64,000 nucleotides of DNA, taken from NCBI GenBank assembly GCA_947166925.1, contig CAMVGD010000005.1, forward strand, positions 425-64,424, read 5' to 3'. This DNA comes from an uncultured Clostridia bacterium. GTDB lineage: Bacteria > Bacillota > Clostridia > Christensenellales > CAG-138. The notes beneath the pieces are model-generated. The model was not told the origin of the DNA, made no database searches, and worked only from the letters and a program-made list of their open reading frames with translations. Below are positions 36,501 to 46,265 of this stretch, one piece after another. Positions within the stretch are counted from its first letter, which is position 1; the number at the start of each line of letters is the position of its first letter. A program made the translations under genes and the position numbers.

Positions 36501-36627
36501 CGCCGCAAACGGCAAAAATCCTCTTTTTTTCCTGTGAACTTTTTCGCATCTTTTTCCCGGAATTCCGACGCCGCCGCGGGAGGGGCGAAAACGGAACGAA
36601 CGCAAAAAAACCGCGTTTCGAAACGGC

Positions 36628-36656
36628 TTGCCTTTCCATGCAAAATCATGTATAAT
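36628..36656 (+). promoter_or_regulatory. Promoter of the ssnA-ygfK-xdh operon
   Basis: TTGCCT, 17 nt, then TATAAT preceded by TG. Confidence 0.5.
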
Positions 36657-36692
36657 ATATTTATAAATATTACTTTGAGGGAGTGTGGCTTT

Positions 36693-38021
36693 ATGATCCT
36701 GATCGGAAACGGAAGACTGCTGACAAGGAACGGCACGGAATTTTATGAAAACGGCGCGGTCGCGGTCGAGGGACGCTATGTGAAAGAGGTCGGCGAGACG
36801 GCGGCGATGCGGGCAAAGTACCCGGACGCGGAATGGATCGACGCAAACGGCGGCGTGATCATGCCGGGTCTCATCAACATGCATAACCACATCTACAGCG
36901 CGTTTGCAAGAGGGCTCAGTATCCGCGGCTACAACCCGCATAACTTCAACGATATTTTGGAAGGCATGTGGTGGAAGATCGACCGCTGCCTGACGAAGGA
37001 GAACGATTACTGGTCCGCCAAAGCGGTCTACGCCGACTGCATCAAAAACGGCGTCACGACCGTGTTCGACCATCACGCAAGCTTTTTCGATATCCCGGGC
37101 TCTTTGGACGAGATCCATAAAGCCGCAGAGGAATCCGGCGTGCGCACCTCGCTCTGCTATGAGGTAAGCGATCGCGACGGCGAGGAGAAGCGCATGCAGT
37201 CGATCCTCGAAAATGAGCGCTTCATCCGAAAAGCGGCGGCGGACGACAGCGATATGATCAAGGGCATGATGGGTCTGCACGCGGCGTTCACGCTCTCCGA
37301 TAAGACCCTGGAGGACTGCCTTGTACACGGCGGAAAGGAAGCGGGCTTCCACGTCCACTGCGCCGAGGGACCGGGGGACCTTCAGGATTCTCTGGACAAG
37401 TACGGCAAGCGCATCATCACGCGGTTCTATGACGCGGGGATCCTCGGCAACAGGACGCTTGCGATCCACTGCGTGCACATCAACAAGGCGGAGATGGAGC
37501 TAATAAAGGCGACAGACACCGCCGTCGTGCACAATCCGGAGTCCAACATGGGCAACGCGGTGGGCTGCGGTCCGGTCATCCATATGAAAAAGCTCGGATT
37601 GCTTCTCGGTCTCGGCACCGACGGCTACACGAACGACATGCTCGAAAGCTACAAGGTCGGCAACATCATCCACAAGCACCATCTGTGCGATCCGACGGTC
37701 GCGTGGGGCGAGATCCCGGATATGCTGTTCAATGGAAACGCAGCGATCGCGGGGCGGTATTTCAACGCGCCTTTGGGCGTACTGAAGCCCGGTGCGTACG
37801 CGGATATCATCGTGACCGATTACGACCCGCTGACGCCGATGGACGGGAACAACGCAAACTCGCACATCCTGTTCGGCATGAACGGCAGAAGCGTCGTGAC
37901 GACGATGTGCAACGGCAAAGTTTTGATGAAGGATCGCGAGCTGCTCGTCTGCGACGAAACCGAACTCATGGCAAAGTGCCGCGAGAGCGCAAAGAAGCTC
38001 TGGGCGGCGGTCAACGCATAA
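36693..38021 (+). CDS. ssnA: Amidohydrolase-family putative aminohydrolase SsnA
   Basis: GLINMHNHIYSAF is an HxH metal site. Length and context (upstream of ygfK and xdh) fit SsnA. Confidence 0.75.
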   Translation: MILIGNGRLLTRNGTEFYENGAVAVEGRYVKEVGETAAMRAKYPDAEWIDANGGVIMPGLINMHNHIYSAFARGLSIRGYNPHNFNDILEGMWWKIDRCLTKENDYWSAKAVYADCIKNGVTTVFDHHASFFDIPGSLDEIHKAAEESGVRTSLCYEVSDRDGEEKRMQSILENERFIRKAAADDSDMIKGMMGLHAAFTLSDKTLEDCLVHGGKEAGFHVHCAEGPGDLQDSLDKYGKRIITRFYDAGILGNRTLAIHCVHINKAEMELIKATDTAVVHNPESNMGNAVGCGPVIHMKKLGLLLGLGTDGYTNDMLESYKVGNIIHKHHLCDPTVAWGEIPDMLFNGNAAIAGRYFNAPLGVLKPGAYADIIVTDYDPLTPMDGNNANSHILFGMNGRSVVTTMCNGKVLMKDRELLVCDETELMAKCRESAKKLWAAVNA

Positions 38022-38034
38022 TAAGGAGGTCAAT

Positions 38035-41010
38035 ATGTCCGATCGAATGACGCCGATCCCGTTCCGGGAGCTGATGGAGTGGGTTATATCTGAATACAAG
38101 ACCGGCAGCGTGTTCGGGGTGAAGCGCCCGTTTAGACCGATCCCCGGAAAGATGCTTTCGATCTTCGGCGAGAAGCTCGAAACGCCGTTCGGTCCCGCCG
38201 CGGGTCCGAATACGCAATTATGTCAGAACATCCTTGCCGCGTACTACGGCGGCAGCCGGTTTTTCGAGCTTAAGACCGTGCAGATCATGGACGGCGACGA
38301 GCTTGCCGCCTGCATCGGAAAGCCCTGCATCGTCGCAAAGGACGAGTGTTACAACTGCGAATGGTCGACCGAGCTCACCGTGCCGCAGGCGCTCGAGGAG
38401 TACGTCAAGGCATGGTTCATGCTGAAGCTGCTCACCAAGGAATACGGCTGGGGCGATCCGGACGGATTCATCTTCAACATGAGCGTCGGCTACGATTTCG
38501 CGGGGATCACGTCCCCGAAGATCGACGCGTTCATCGAAGGCTTAAAGGACGCGTCGAACACCGCGATCTATCAGGAGTGCATGGACTGGACGCGGGCGAA
38601 CCTTGATCGCTTCGAACACATTGACGAGGCGTATCTTGCCGCGATCAATCCGCACGTGTGCACCTCGATCACGCTCTCGACTCTCCACGGCTGCCCGCCG
38701 CAGGAGATCGAGCGGATCGCGGGCTATCTCATTGACAAAAAGCATCTGAACACGTTCGTCAAGTGCAACCCGACGATCCTGGGCTACGCCTATGCGCGAA
38801 AGACGCTTGACGAGCTCGGCTTCGACTATGTCGTGTTCGACGAGCATCATTTCAACGAGGATCTGCAGTATCGGGACGCCGTGCCGATGTTCCGGCGGCT
38901 CCTTGCGTTTGCCGCGGAAAACGGCGTGACCTTCGGGCTGAAGCTTTCTAACACCTTCCCGGTCGACGTCACGCAGGGCGAGCTTCCGAGCAATGAAATG
39001 TACATGTCCGGACGCGCGCTGTATCCGCTGACGATCGAGATGGCGAAGCGCATGAGCGAGGAGTTCGACGGCAAGCTGCGGCTTTCGTTCTCGGGCGGCA
39101 TCGACGCGTTCAACATCGCGCCGCTCTTTGCAGCGGGCGTCTGGCCGATCACGCTTGCCACGACGATTTTAAAGCCCGGCGGGTATCAGCGGCTGACGCA
39201 GCTCGGCGAGATCTGCGGCGCATTTGCCTACGAGCCGTTTACCGGGGTCAAGGTCGGCAAGGTCGCGCTGCTCTCGAGACAGGCGCGCGCGTCTGTGCGC
39301 AACACCAAGCCCCAGAAGCCGCAGCCGGAGCGCAAGCTCAAAGACAAGGTCCCGCTGTTCGACTGCTTCACGGCGCCGTGCACGCACGGCTGTCCGATCC
39401 GTCAGGACATCCCGCAGTATATCGAAATGGTCGGCAAGGGAAACTATGACGGGGCATTGAAGCTCATCGTCGAAAAGAACCCGCTGCCGTTCATCACCGG
39501 CACGATCTGCCCGCATCACTGCGCGGACAAGTGCACGAGACACTTTTACGAGGAATCGATCCGCATCCGCAGGGCAAAGCGCACCGCGGCGGAAAACGGT
39601 CTTGACGCGCTTTTGCGGGATCTCAAACCCGCTGCGCCGAACGGCAAAAAGGTCGCCGTGATCGGCGGCGGTCCCGCTGGGCTCGCGGCGGCGTTCTTCC
39701 TTGCGCGGCAGGGCGCGTCTGTCACGCTGTTTGAAAAGCGCGCAAAGCTCGGCGGCGTCGTGCGGTACGTCATTCCGGAATTCCGCATCGGCTCCGACGC
39801 GATCGACAACGACGCAAGGATCCTTGAAACCATGGGCGTCGAGATCCGCACGAACACCGAAGCGCCGAAGGCGGATACGCTGTTTTCGGAAGGCTTTTCC
39901 GATATCGTTTACGCGATCGGCGCGTGGGCGGAAGGCAGGATGCAGCTTGAAAAGGGCGAGGCGATGAACGTCATCCGCTTCCTCGAGGAAAGCAAGGCGG
40001 GCACGCTCGCGCCGATGGGCGAGAACGTGATCGTTATCGGCGGCGGCAACACCGCCATGGACGCGGCACGCGCCGCAAAGCGCGCAAACGGCGTCAGAAA
40101 CGTGCGGCTCGTCTATCGCCGCACCGCAAAGCAGATGCCCGCGGACGAGGAGGAACTGGAGCTTGCGAAGGAGGACGGCGTGATCTTCTGCGAACTGCTC
40201 GCGCCGGTCGCGCTCGAAAACGGAACGCTTCTCTGCAATGTCATGCGTCTCGGCGAGCCGGACGCGAGCGGCAGACGTTCCCCGGTCGAAACGGGCGAAC
40301 GGATCGGGCTTCCGTGCGACACGCTGATCGCGGCGGTCGGCGAGAAGGTCGAGACCGCGATCTTTACCGAAAACGGGATCGCGCTTTCCGAGCGCGGCAG
40401 GGTAATCACCGACGCGAACCTTATGACGTCCCGCGCGCATGTCTACGTGATCGGCGACTGCAGCCGCGGTCCCGCCACCGTCGTGGAGGGCATTGCGGAC
40501 GCGCGGACCGCTGCGGACGCGATCGTCGGCAGCTATACATACAGGATCTGCGCGTGCGGCAGCACGACCGAGGAAGCGTGCTTCGAAAAGCACGGAATCC
40601 TCAGAGATTACGAGCAGGCGGAAAAGGAGCGCGAGCGCTGTCTGAATTGCGGCACGGTCTGCGAATGCTGCGTGCAGGTCTGCCCGAACCGCGCAAACGT
40701 CGCGATTCGCGTGCCGGGAAAGGCGAAGCCGCAGATCCTGCACGTCGACCGGATGTGCAATGAATGCGGCAACTGCCTCGTGTTCTGCCCGTACGACTCG
40801 AAGCCGTACAAGGAAAAGTTCACGCTGTTCGCGACCGAAGCGGAGTTTACGGGCTCCGAAAACAAGGGCTTTCTGCCGCTGTCGGATCGCGTCGTGAAGC
40901 TCAGACTCGACGGCGTCCGCACGGTCGATCTCGACCGCGATCCGATCGATCCGGACGCAAAGGCGCTGATCGAAACGGTTCTTTCGGAGTATCACTATCT
41001 GATCGGCTGA
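38035..41010 (+). CDS. ygfK: YgfK-type Fe-S/FAD oxidoreductase (annotated elsewhere as putative selenate reductase subunit)
   Basis: It combines a DHOD/DPD-like N-terminal half, a GltD-like segment VAVIGGGPAGLAAAFFLARQG, and C-terminal ferredoxin Cys clusters CLNCGTVCECCVQVCP and CNECGNCLVFCP. Confidence 0.8.
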   Translation: MSDRMTPIPFRELMEWVISEYKTGSVFGVKRPFRPIPGKMLSIFGEKLETPFGPAAGPNTQLCQNILAAYYGGSRFFELKTVQIMDGDELAACIGKPCIVAKDECYNCEWSTELTVPQALEEYVKAWFMLKLLTKEYGWGDPDGFIFNMSVGYDFAGITSPKIDAFIEGLKDASNTAIYQECMDWTRANLDRFEHIDEAYLAAINPHVCTSITLSTLHGCPPQEIERIAGYLIDKKHLNTFVKCNPTILGYAYARKTLDELGFDYVVFDEHHFNEDLQYRDAVPMFRRLLAFAAENGVTFGLKLSNTFPVDVTQGELPSNEMYMSGRALYPLTIEMAKRMSEEFDGKLRLSFSGGIDAFNIAPLFAAGVWPITLATTILKPGGYQRLTQLGEICGAFAYEPFTGVKVGKVALLSRQARASVRNTKPQKPQPERKLKDKVPLFDCFTAPCTHGCPIRQDIPQYIEMVGKGNYDGALKLIVEKNPLPFITGTICPHHCADKCTRHFYEESIRIRRAKRTAAENGLDALLRDLKPAAPNGKKVAVIGGGPAGLAAAFFLARQGASVTLFEKRAKLGGVVRYVIPEFRIGSDAIDNDARILETMGVEIRTNTEAPKADTLFSEGFSDIVYAIGAWAEGRMQLEKGEAMNVIRFLEESKAGTLAPMGENVIVIGGGNTAMDAARAAKRANGVRNVRLVYRRTAKQMPADEEELELAKEDGVIFCELLAPVALENGTLLCNVMRLGEPDASGRRSPVETGERIGLPCDTLIAAVGEKVETAIFTENGIALSERGRVITDANLMTSRAHVYVIGDCSRGPATVVEGIADARTAADAIVGSYTYRICACGSTTEEACFEKHGILRDYEQAEKERERCLNCGTVCECCVQVCPNRANVAIRVPGKAKPQILHVDRMCNECGNCLVFCPYDSKPYKEKFTLFATEAEFTGSENKGFLPLSDRVVKLRLDGVRTVDLDRDPIDPDAKALIETVLSEYHYLIG

Positions 41011-41028
41011 ACGCCAAAAGGAGCGCTT

Positions 41029-43596
41029 ATGGCAAGCTTTTTCGTCAACGGACAGGCCGTGACCTGCCCCGAAAACAAAAAACTGATCCGCTTCCTTCGG
41101 GACGATCTGAAGCTCACGAGCGTCAAAAACGGCTGCTCGGAGGGCGCGTGCGGCACCTGCACCGTGCTGATCGACGGCAAGGCGACAAAGGCCTGCGTGC
41201 AGCAGACCGACCGCATGGAGGGAAAGCAGATCGTCACCTGCGAGGGGCTGACCCCGCGCGAGCGCGAAGTCTATGCCTATGCGTTTACCGAAGCGGGCGC
41301 GGTGCAGTGCGGCTTCTGCACGCCCGGCATGGTGATGGCGGCGAAGGCGCTTCTGGACCGGAATCCGGACCCGACGATTTCGGACGTCAAGGGCGCGATC
41401 CGCATGAACATCTGCCGCTGCACCGGCTATAAAAAGATCGAGGAGGCGATCCTGCTTGCCGCAAAGGTCTTCCGCGAGGGCGGAGACGTCCCGAAGCGGA
41501 CCTTAAAGGGGATCGTCGGCGAGAACCTCGACCGCGTGGACGCGCCGGCAAAGGCGCTCGGCGACGCAAAGTACGCGGACGATCTCTGGTTCGACGGCAT
41601 GCTTTTCGGCACGGCGAAGCGCAGCGATTATCCGCGTGCGCGGGTGCTTTCGATCGACACGCGCGAAGCGCAGGCGGCGCCCGGCGTTGTGTGCGTGCTG
41701 ACGGCAAAGGACATCCCCGGCACGGTCAAGATCGGGCATCTCAAGCAGGATTACGACGTGATGATCCCGGTTGGGAAAATCACACACTTTTTGGGCGACG
41801 CGATCGCGCTTGTCGCTGCCGAGACCGAGGAACAGGCGCGCGCGGCGGCGGCACTCGTTAAGGTCGAATACGAACCGCTTGAACCGGTCCTCGACATGAT
41901 GGACGGATTGAAGGACGAGATCCTTGTGCACGCATCGAACGGCACGAACGTGCTCTCGCACGAGCATCTTGTGCGCGGCAACGCCGACGAGGTCATCAAA
42001 AGCAGCAAATACGTCGTGACGCATCGCTATTCCACGCCGCCGACGGACCACGCTTTTTTGGAGCCCGAGTGCGCGGTGGCGTACCGCGAGGGCGACGGCG
42101 TGCGCATCTTCTCCGGCGATCAGGGGATCTATCAGACGCGCAAGGAATGCGCGCAGATGCTTGGCTTACCGCAGGACAAGGTCCGCGTGACCGCGATGAT
42201 GGTCGGCGGCGGCTTCGGCGGCAAGGAGGACATGAGCGTGCAGCATCACGCGGCGCTTTTGGCGTGGCACACGAACCGCCCCGTCAAGGTCGCGTTTTCG
42301 CGCGCGGAGAGCCTTCTGATCCACCCGAAGCGCCACGCGATGGAGATGGAATTCACGACCGCCTGCGACGAGAACGGATATCTCACCGCCATGAAGGCAA
42401 CGCTGATCTCCGATACCGGCGCGTACGCTTCGCTCGGAGGACCGGTGCTGCAGCGCGCGTGCACGCACGCCGCGGGACCCTATAACTATCAGAACATCGA
42501 CATCGACGGCAAGGCGATCTATACGAACAATCCGCCGGCTGGCGCGTTCCGCGGGTTCGGCGTGACGCAGAGCTGCTTTGCCACCGAGTGCAATCTGAAC
42601 GAGCTTGCGGCTCTGGTCGGCATCTCGGCGTTCGAGATCCGCTACCGCAACGCGATCCGCCCCGGACAGGTGCTGCCGAACGGACAGATCGCCGACGAAA
42701 CGACCGCTTTGGTCGAAACGCTCGACGCCGCGCGTCCGATCCTCGAACGCGATCCGAAGGCGGGCATCGCCTGCGCGATGAAAAACGCGGGTCTGGGCGT
42801 CGGCATTCCGGACACCGGACGCTGCCGCATCGAGGTTAAGGGCGGGGAAGTATACCTGCATTCGTCCGCGGCGTGCATCGGGCAGGGCATGGGCACCGTG
42901 CAGACGCAGATGGCGGCGGAGATTTTGGGGATCCCGCACGAGCGCGTGCATTACTGCACGCCCGACACCGCGCTTGCGCCGGACGCCGGCAACACGACGG
43001 CGTCGCGGCAGACGCTGTTTACCGGCGAGGCGGTCGTCCGCGCCGCAAAGCAGATCAAAGAAGCGCTGGAAAAAGAGGGCTCGTGGGAAGCGCTCGAAGG
43101 GCGCTCGTTCCTCGGCGAATATACCGGCGTGACCGACAAGCTCGGATCCGAAAAGCCGAATCCGGTCTCGCACATCGCGTACGGCTACGCGACGCACGTG
43201 GTCGAGCTGAACGACGACGGCACCGTAAAGCGCGTGACGGCGATCCACGATCTCGGCGTGGCGGTCAATCCGCGCGCCGCCGAGGGACAGATCGAGGGCG
43301 GTGTCGTGATGGGGCTCGGCTACGCGCTGACGGAGGATTTCCCCTTAAAGGACGGAAGACCGACTGCAAAATACGGCACGCTGGGACTTTTTCGCGCGGA
43401 CAAGACGCCGGAGGTACAGGCGATCCTTGTGGAGAAAGCGACGAAGGACGGGCTTGCCTGCGGCGCAAAGGGCATCGGCGAGATCTGCACGATCCCGACC
43501 GCGCCCGCCGTGCAGAACGCGTACCTGAACCGCGACGGGATATTCCGCACCGCGCTGCCGCTTTCCGATACGCCGTACAGCCGGAAACAAAAGTAA
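41029..43596 (+). CDS. Xanthine dehydrogenase-family molybdopterin enzyme with a fused N-terminal [2Fe-2S] domain (selenium-dependent XDH type)
   Basis: CSEGACGTCTV and CGFCTPG are the 2Fe-2S motifs. They are followed by aldehyde oxidase/XDH hammerhead and Mo-binding domains (GGGFGGKE). Confidence 0.8.
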   Translation: MASFFVNGQAVTCPENKKLIRFLRDDLKLTSVKNGCSEGACGTCTVLIDGKATKACVQQTDRMEGKQIVTCEGLTPREREVYAYAFTEAGAVQCGFCTPGMVMAAKALLDRNPDPTISDVKGAIRMNICRCTGYKKIEEAILLAAKVFREGGDVPKRTLKGIVGENLDRVDAPAKALGDAKYADDLWFDGMLFGTAKRSDYPRARVLSIDTREAQAAPGVVCVLTAKDIPGTVKIGHLKQDYDVMIPVGKITHFLGDAIALVAAETEEQARAAAALVKVEYEPLEPVLDMMDGLKDEILVHASNGTNVLSHEHLVRGNADEVIKSSKYVVTHRYSTPPTDHAFLEPECAVAYREGDGVRIFSGDQGIYQTRKECAQMLGLPQDKVRVTAMMVGGGFGGKEDMSVQHHAALLAWHTNRPVKVAFSRAESLLIHPKRHAMEMEFTTACDENGYLTAMKATLISDTGAYASLGGPVLQRACTHAAGPYNYQNIDIDGKAIYTNNPPAGAFRGFGVTQSCFATECNLNELAALVGISAFEIRYRNAIRPGQVLPNGQIADETTALVETLDAARPILERDPKAGIACAMKNAGLGVGIPDTGRCRIEVKGGEVYLHSSAACIGQGMGTVQTQMAAEILGIPHERVHYCTPDTALAPDAGNTTASRQTLFTGEAVVRAAKQIKEALEKEGSWEALEGRSFLGEYTGVTDKLGSEKPNPVSHIAYGYATHVVELNDDGTVKRVTAIHDLGVAVNPRAAEGQIEGGVVMGLGYALTEDFPLKDGRPTAKYGTLGLFRADKTPEVQAILVEKATKDGLACGAKGIGEICTIPTAPAVQNAYLNRDGIFRTALPLSDTPYSRKQK

Positions 43597-43740
43597 ACGC
43601 GGACAGGAACGGCTTTGCAGAAAAATCGTTTTGTTCAAATACTTGCTTCTGAGGAGATGCAGGGTCTTGAGTTGTCAACAGTCAACCGAACAGGACGCAA
43701 GATGGCCTGCGAGCCTAGATGATCGGAGGGACGGAATAAA

Positions 43741-44424
43741 ATGAAAAAGATAACAGTCGCTTTCTTTTTGTCTGTATTGCTCTTTGTGTGTGCGATCTCT
43801 CTTGCCTGTACGCCGGGGAAAGAGGATGAAGTCCTGTATTTGCTGCATGACAGCGGTATTTTGCATGAGGTCAAAAGAAAAGACGGCGATCAGACAGCAG
43901 GAGGTATTCAAATCAAGTGGTCAGGCAGCACCTGCAGCTTGAACGGCAAGATCGCTTTAAATCCCGGCGATGAAGCTGCGGTCGAAAACGGCGATCTTCC
44001 GCCGACCGAATACATAGCCTATTTGGGAAAGGAAGGCTGTCAACTGCCGGACGATATGGTCGCGATCATTCAGCGCGCCGAGAAGATCAGGGACGCGCAG
44101 AATGAATACGGTACAATCGATGCATACAGAGATACAAGGGATCGGGAAAAAGAAACAGCGATAATCCAACAGGCTATCGATCAAGCGGAATTGGACCTGT
44201 CAGCGGATAAGTGGTATGACTTTTTCATTGAGGCAACCTGGTATAACGGAGATCTTTCAATCGCTATCGTCGATGCAAGGGCAAGGCTGTTCAGCGATCC
44301 GGATTTGGTCGAAATCATCATCACGGACGGTGAGGGCAACGAAATGAACCTTGATGGATTCACGGACGATACGATGTTCGGCGTCGGCTACCGGGGAGAA
44401 GCGTATTACGGTCCGCTTGAATAG
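43741..44424 (+). CDS. Hypothetical lipoprotein
   Basis: It has a signal peptide with the lipobox ISLAC. Confidence 0.55.
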   Translation: MKKITVAFFLSVLLFVCAISLACTPGKEDEVLYLLHDSGILHEVKRKDGDQTAGGIQIKWSGSTCSLNGKIALNPGDEAAVENGDLPPTEYIAYLGKEGCQLPDDMVAIIQRAEKIRDAQNEYGTIDAYRDTRDREKETAIIQQAIDQAELDLSADKWYDFFIEATWYNGDLSIAIVDARARLFSDPDLVEIIITDGEGNEMNLDGFTDDTMFGVGYRGEAYYGPLE

Positions 44425-44733
44425 GCGCCGGTTGCCGAAAGCGAGGTCCTTCTGACAACGCCTTGGACTGTCAAGGCGTCGGGGGAACGGCGAAAAAACG
44501 ATCGCGGGATCAAGGGACGCTCCCTGCGTAAAAAACCATAGTCAATTCAGAGTAAAACGAAAAGCGCAGGCGTCCGGAGACCGCTGCGCTATACTTGCCA
44601 AAAAGCCTGAATGCTGAAATACCCCCTTGACAAACCGCCTTTGACGGCCTGTTTTCCGGCAGGCCGTTTTTCTTTGCGGCGTTTTGCGAAAAATGTCTTT
44701 TCTCGGCGAAGGAAATGTGGTAAACTGAATTTT

Positions 44734-46257
44734 ATGAAACGCATGGTTTTTTTGATTTGTATTCTGTCCGCCTGCCTGCTTCTGCCGCTTGCGTGCGGCG
44801 GGGAAGACGGGACGCAGGCGTATTCCGGAACGGAGGCGGTCGAAACGCTTACGCAATCGCCGACGCAGGCTCCGACGCCCACGCCGGAACCGTTACGATT
44901 TCTGCATGTGCAGGAGCCGACCGACGTGCAGACGCTGATGAACCGGATCATGGAATCGGACGCGCTCGAGGAGGTCGAGATCGACCCCGGCATGATGCGC
45001 AATGCGGACATTGCGGCGGTGATACGGATGTTCCCCGGCGTGACCTTCCGCTATCAGGTCGGGCTCGGCGGCGAGTTTCTGCCGCCCGACGTAAAGACGC
45101 TTTCGACCGGGACCGTGCCGCTGGAGGAGATCGTCGACGCGCTTCCTTGCCTGACGGCGCTTGAGACCGTGGAGCTCGGCGCGCGCACGCCGGAGGAGCT
45201 TGACCGGATCGCTGCGCAGCTTCCGGGGATCGGACTTTCGTACCGGGTGCGAATCTACGGCAGGGAGGTCGACCGCGACGCGGAGACGCTGGATCTTTCC
45301 GACCTGGAGACGCTTGCGCCGGACGAGCTTGCCGCGGCGCTGCCGTATCTTGATGCGCTCAGGACCGTATCGCTCGGCACGCGGGACGACGCCGAAGCAG
45401 CCGAAGCGTTCAAAACCGCGGTGCCGTCGGTCGAATGCAGCTATGTCCTGCAGTTCGTCTGCCTCGGACGGACGCTGACGAGCGATATGGAGACGCTCGA
45501 TCTTTCGCAGACGAAGATTACGGATCCCGACGAACTGAAGCGCGCGATCGAAAAGCTTCCGAAGCTCACGCGCGTTGAAATGATCGACTGCGGACTGGAC
45601 GACGAAACGATGGCGGGACTGTGCGACGCATTTTCAAACGTCCGCTTCATCTGGGAGATCGACCTCGGCTACTGGGGCAAGCTGCGTACGGACGCCACGG
45701 CGTTTTCCACGCGCTATCAGCGTTCAGAGGCGGCGGACAAGCACAGGATGACGAGCGAGCAGGTGCAGTACATCCGTTACTGCACGGACCTGATCGCGCT
45801 CGACCTCGGGCACCAGAAGCTGACCGACATTACGTTTCTGCGCCCGCTCAAAAAGCTGCGCGTCCTGATCCTTGCGGATAACTACATTTCGGAGATCGGC
45901 GTGCTCGCAGAGCTTTCGGAGCTTGAATACATCGAGCTGTTCATGAACCGGATCACCGATCTTTCGCCGCTTGAAAACCTCGCGTATCTGCACGACCTGA
46001 ACGTCTGCTCCAACAAGATCTCGGACTTTAAGCCGGTCTGCGCGATCAAGACGCTGGAACGGTTCTGGTACGCGAAGAACAACGCGACATCAAAGGATCA
46101 CAAGATGCTGCAGGAAGCGCTGCCGGACTGCGTGCTGAATCACACCGATACCGGGACGGACGGCGGATGGCGCTTCAGCGATAAGAACAAGAAGGAGAGA
46201 TCCGAGCGCGAAAAATGGAAGAATGCCTTCTTTGAAGGCGCGCCGAGATATACCTGA
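44734..46257 (+). CDS. Leucine-rich-repeat lipoprotein
   Basis: It has the lipobox LLPLACG. Its internalin-like LRRs include LDLGHQKLTDITFLRPLKKLRVLILADNYISEIGVLAELSELEYIELFMNRITDLSPL. Confidence 0.7.
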   Translation: MKRMVFLICILSACLLLPLACGGEDGTQAYSGTEAVETLTQSPTQAPTPTPEPLRFLHVQEPTDVQTLMNRIMESDALEEVEIDPGMMRNADIAAVIRMFPGVTFRYQVGLGGEFLPPDVKTLSTGTVPLEEIVDALPCLTALETVELGARTPEELDRIAAQLPGIGLSYRVRIYGREVDRDAETLDLSDLETLAPDELAAALPYLDALRTVSLGTRDDAEAAEAFKTAVPSVECSYVLQFVCLGRTLTSDMETLDLSQTKITDPDELKRAIEKLPKLTRVEMIDCGLDDETMAGLCDAFSNVRFIWEIDLGYWGKLRTDATAFSTRYQRSEAADKHRMTSEQVQYIRYCTDLIALDLGHQKLTDITFLRPLKKLRVLILADNYISEIGVLAELSELEYIELFMNRITDLSPLENLAYLHDLNVCSNKISDFKPVCAIKTLERFWYAKNNATSKDHKMLQEALPDCVLNHTDTGTDGGWRFSDKNKKERSEREKWKNAFFEGAPRYT

Positions 46258-46265
46258 GACGAACC

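Noticed and set aside
38035-43596. Possible selenocysteine (in-frame TGA) in ygfK or xdh
   Set aside because: Both ORFs are uninterrupted. The selenium dependence proposed for this family involves a labile cofactor, not Sec.
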